Shown here: in pieces, positions 62,375 through 64,000 of the stretch
How positions within the stretch are numbered: position 1 is the first letter of the stretch
How the letters are laid out: each line of letters starts with the position of its first letter
Assembly (NCBI RefSeq): GCF_963921235.1
Contig: NC_086122.1
Coordinates: 26,040,001-26,104,000, forward strand
Reading direction: 5' to 3'
Source: Mobula hypostoma
Lineage: Eukaryota
Length of the DNA: 64,000 bases
Notes under the pieces: model-generated
Database searches by the model: none
What the model saw: the letters and a program-made list of their open reading frames with translations, nothing else
Told to the model about the DNA's origin: nothing
Program-made: the position numbers and the translations under genes

Positions 62375-63512
62375 ATTCTGCTCCATCTAATCCATGTACT
62401 TTCCATATCCCCCCAGTCTCATCTCATTCTTACTCAAAGTTCGTTTCCTTAATATTTCACCCAGTCTAATTCCAGTTGCCCCACTCCTGTTATCTTCAGT
62501 ATTTCACCAGTCTAATTATACAACCCTCAAAGTATCCCAGACAAAGGTAATCCCACATTGTTAAAGATTTGCTTGATTTGTCACATGTACATAGACGGCG
62601 TTTGCATCGAGAATTGTGCTGGGGGCAGCTCACAATTGTCTTCACGCTTCCAGCGCCAACGCAGAATGCCCACAATTTACTGACCCTAATTTGTGCATCT
62701 TTTGGGAACGTGGGGGGTGGGGGAACCCTTGAAGTCACGGAGGGAACAGACAAACTCCAGCAGACAGCAGCGGGAACTGAACCCTGATGTTACCGCTGGC
62801 GCTACACGAACCACTACCGTTGACCCCCCCCCCACCCCACCCCACCCCACCCTACCCTGACTTGCCGACTGATAGGTTATGGCTCCCCACTCCCTCTGCT
62901 GCTGCCTATTTGGCTCCAGGGAGTCCGTTTGCAGCGTGGATAAAAAAAAACTGATCAGTAAAATTGCTTATTTTACAATATAAAAAGATGAAAACTGTTA
63001 AAAGTTGCTGTTCAGAAAGATCTGATTGTCCTTACATAAGAGATACAGAAAGTTAACAAATGTCTTTTAAGCAAATACTGCATATGGTTATAAATTAAAG
63101 AAAACGTTTTTACTCTTTGTACTCTAACTCCCTTGAAATAGATATTTTTAAAAAACATTTCTTTTTTATACCTGAAATACTAACTTTCTGTATCTCTTAT
63201 TGTAGGTCAGTCAGACCCTTTCGATCAGCAACTTTAAGTTTTCATCTTTTTTATTGTAAAACAATCAATTTTACTATTCTTTCCATCAAAGATGTGTTCA
63301 GGTCCCAACAGTCCATCTGGCACGACCTTGGCTATGGTCATACCTTTTACTTGCTTTTCACAGTGCCCCAGCATATTTCATCACTTAACTACTGCTCTTG
63401 AAGAGCTGATAATGAGGATATTAGTAGATGAAATTGTTTATCCCGCCAATGTTCCCTAGTTAAATCAAAATATTTAGCTGTACCACTGAAACCATTGAAC
63501 TGAGCAGGAGCG

Positions 63513-63534
63513 ATCACGTGATTTGGATCATGTG
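63513..63534 (+). promoter_or_regulatory. ppt1: CLEAR/E-box ATCACGTGAT (63513-63522) plus M-box TCATGTG (63528-63534) in the ppt1 promoter
   Basis: Palindromic TCACGTGA 30-40 nt upstream of the ATG of a lysosomal enzyme gene. Confidence 0.75.
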
Positions 63535-63552
63535 CTCTTCTTTTCTCCCAAG

Positions 63553-63673
63553 ATGGCTGCGCAGGGAGTGAGTTGCTGCCTCCTGTTCTTCTGTCTCGTC
63601 TTGGGGGCATCATCGCGGAAAGCTGTCCGGAACAGCACGCAGTCGCCACCTGTGGTCATTTGGCACGGCATGG
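63553..63673 (+). CDS. ppt1: Palmitoyl-protein thioesterase 1, exon 1 (signal peptide)
   Basis: caagATGGCT...CACGGCATGG|gtgaga; MAAQGVSCCLLFFCLVLGASSRKAVRNSTQSPPVVIWHGM(G), matching PPT1 PLVIWHGMG with a phase-1 intron; too short for the supplied ORF track. Confidence 0.93.
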
Positions 63674-64000
63674 GTGAGAAGAGGGAGATTTAAAAAGTCA
63701 AACATATTGTCATATGGCTGATTCTGTAATGTGCAACTCGCAAATCGTGAATTCGGAATACTTCACACATTAAACCGGAACGATTCAGTGCTTTAGAAAT
63801 TCTTTGCTGTACGATAGTCTAATTACTGTTTTATTTTTATTAGAAACATTAACGCATGCTTTTAAAGTCTCGTAAAACGAAACCCATACTTTAAATGTCC
63901 TGGGATAGAAGTTCGAATCCCACTGAACAACATTCAAGCTTTGAGACCGCGGGGAAAAAAGTGGAAGTGAACTTTGTTTGAGGTGTGAGAGGGAAAATTA

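Noticed and set aside
63389-63649. 86-aa minus-strand ORF
   Set aside because: Antisense shadow of ppt1 exon 1 in GC-rich sequence.

Overview
Repeat-rich vertebrate genomic DNA, most likely from a cartilaginous fish (ray or shark), judged from its CR1/HER1-type LINEs, V-domain tRNA-SINEs and Penelope elements. Three host genes are supported by splice-site-exact exons. (1) rpl11, minus strand, exons 1-4; its 3' exons lie off the left edge. (2) A complete 8-exon, 461-aa elongation factor 1-alpha gene, minus strand, directly upstream of rpl11, with TATA, TOP and YY1 promoter elements; it is clearly divergent from canonical EEF1A1/A2. (3) Exon 1 of ppt1, plus strand, at the right edge, with a CLEAR/E-box promoter. 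The ~47 kb between eef1a and ppt1 is mostly mobile DNA: CR1 and Rex1/Babar LINE fragments, Penelope-like elements (PLEs), SINEs, Tc1 and hAT MITEs, and a 30-bp minisatellite. The most notable non-obvious signal is a family of at least 12 Penelope pLTR copies carrying minimal type-I hammerhead-ribozyme motifs. Several related non-coding pLTR cassettes are TSD-flanked, and one forms a 52-bp fully paired hairpin in the rpl11 pre-mRNA. A speculative phase-compatible chain of minus-strand exons (22.3-32.2 kb) may mark an unannotated or decayed gene. Repeat boundaries are approximate and family assignments come from motif recognition, not database searches.
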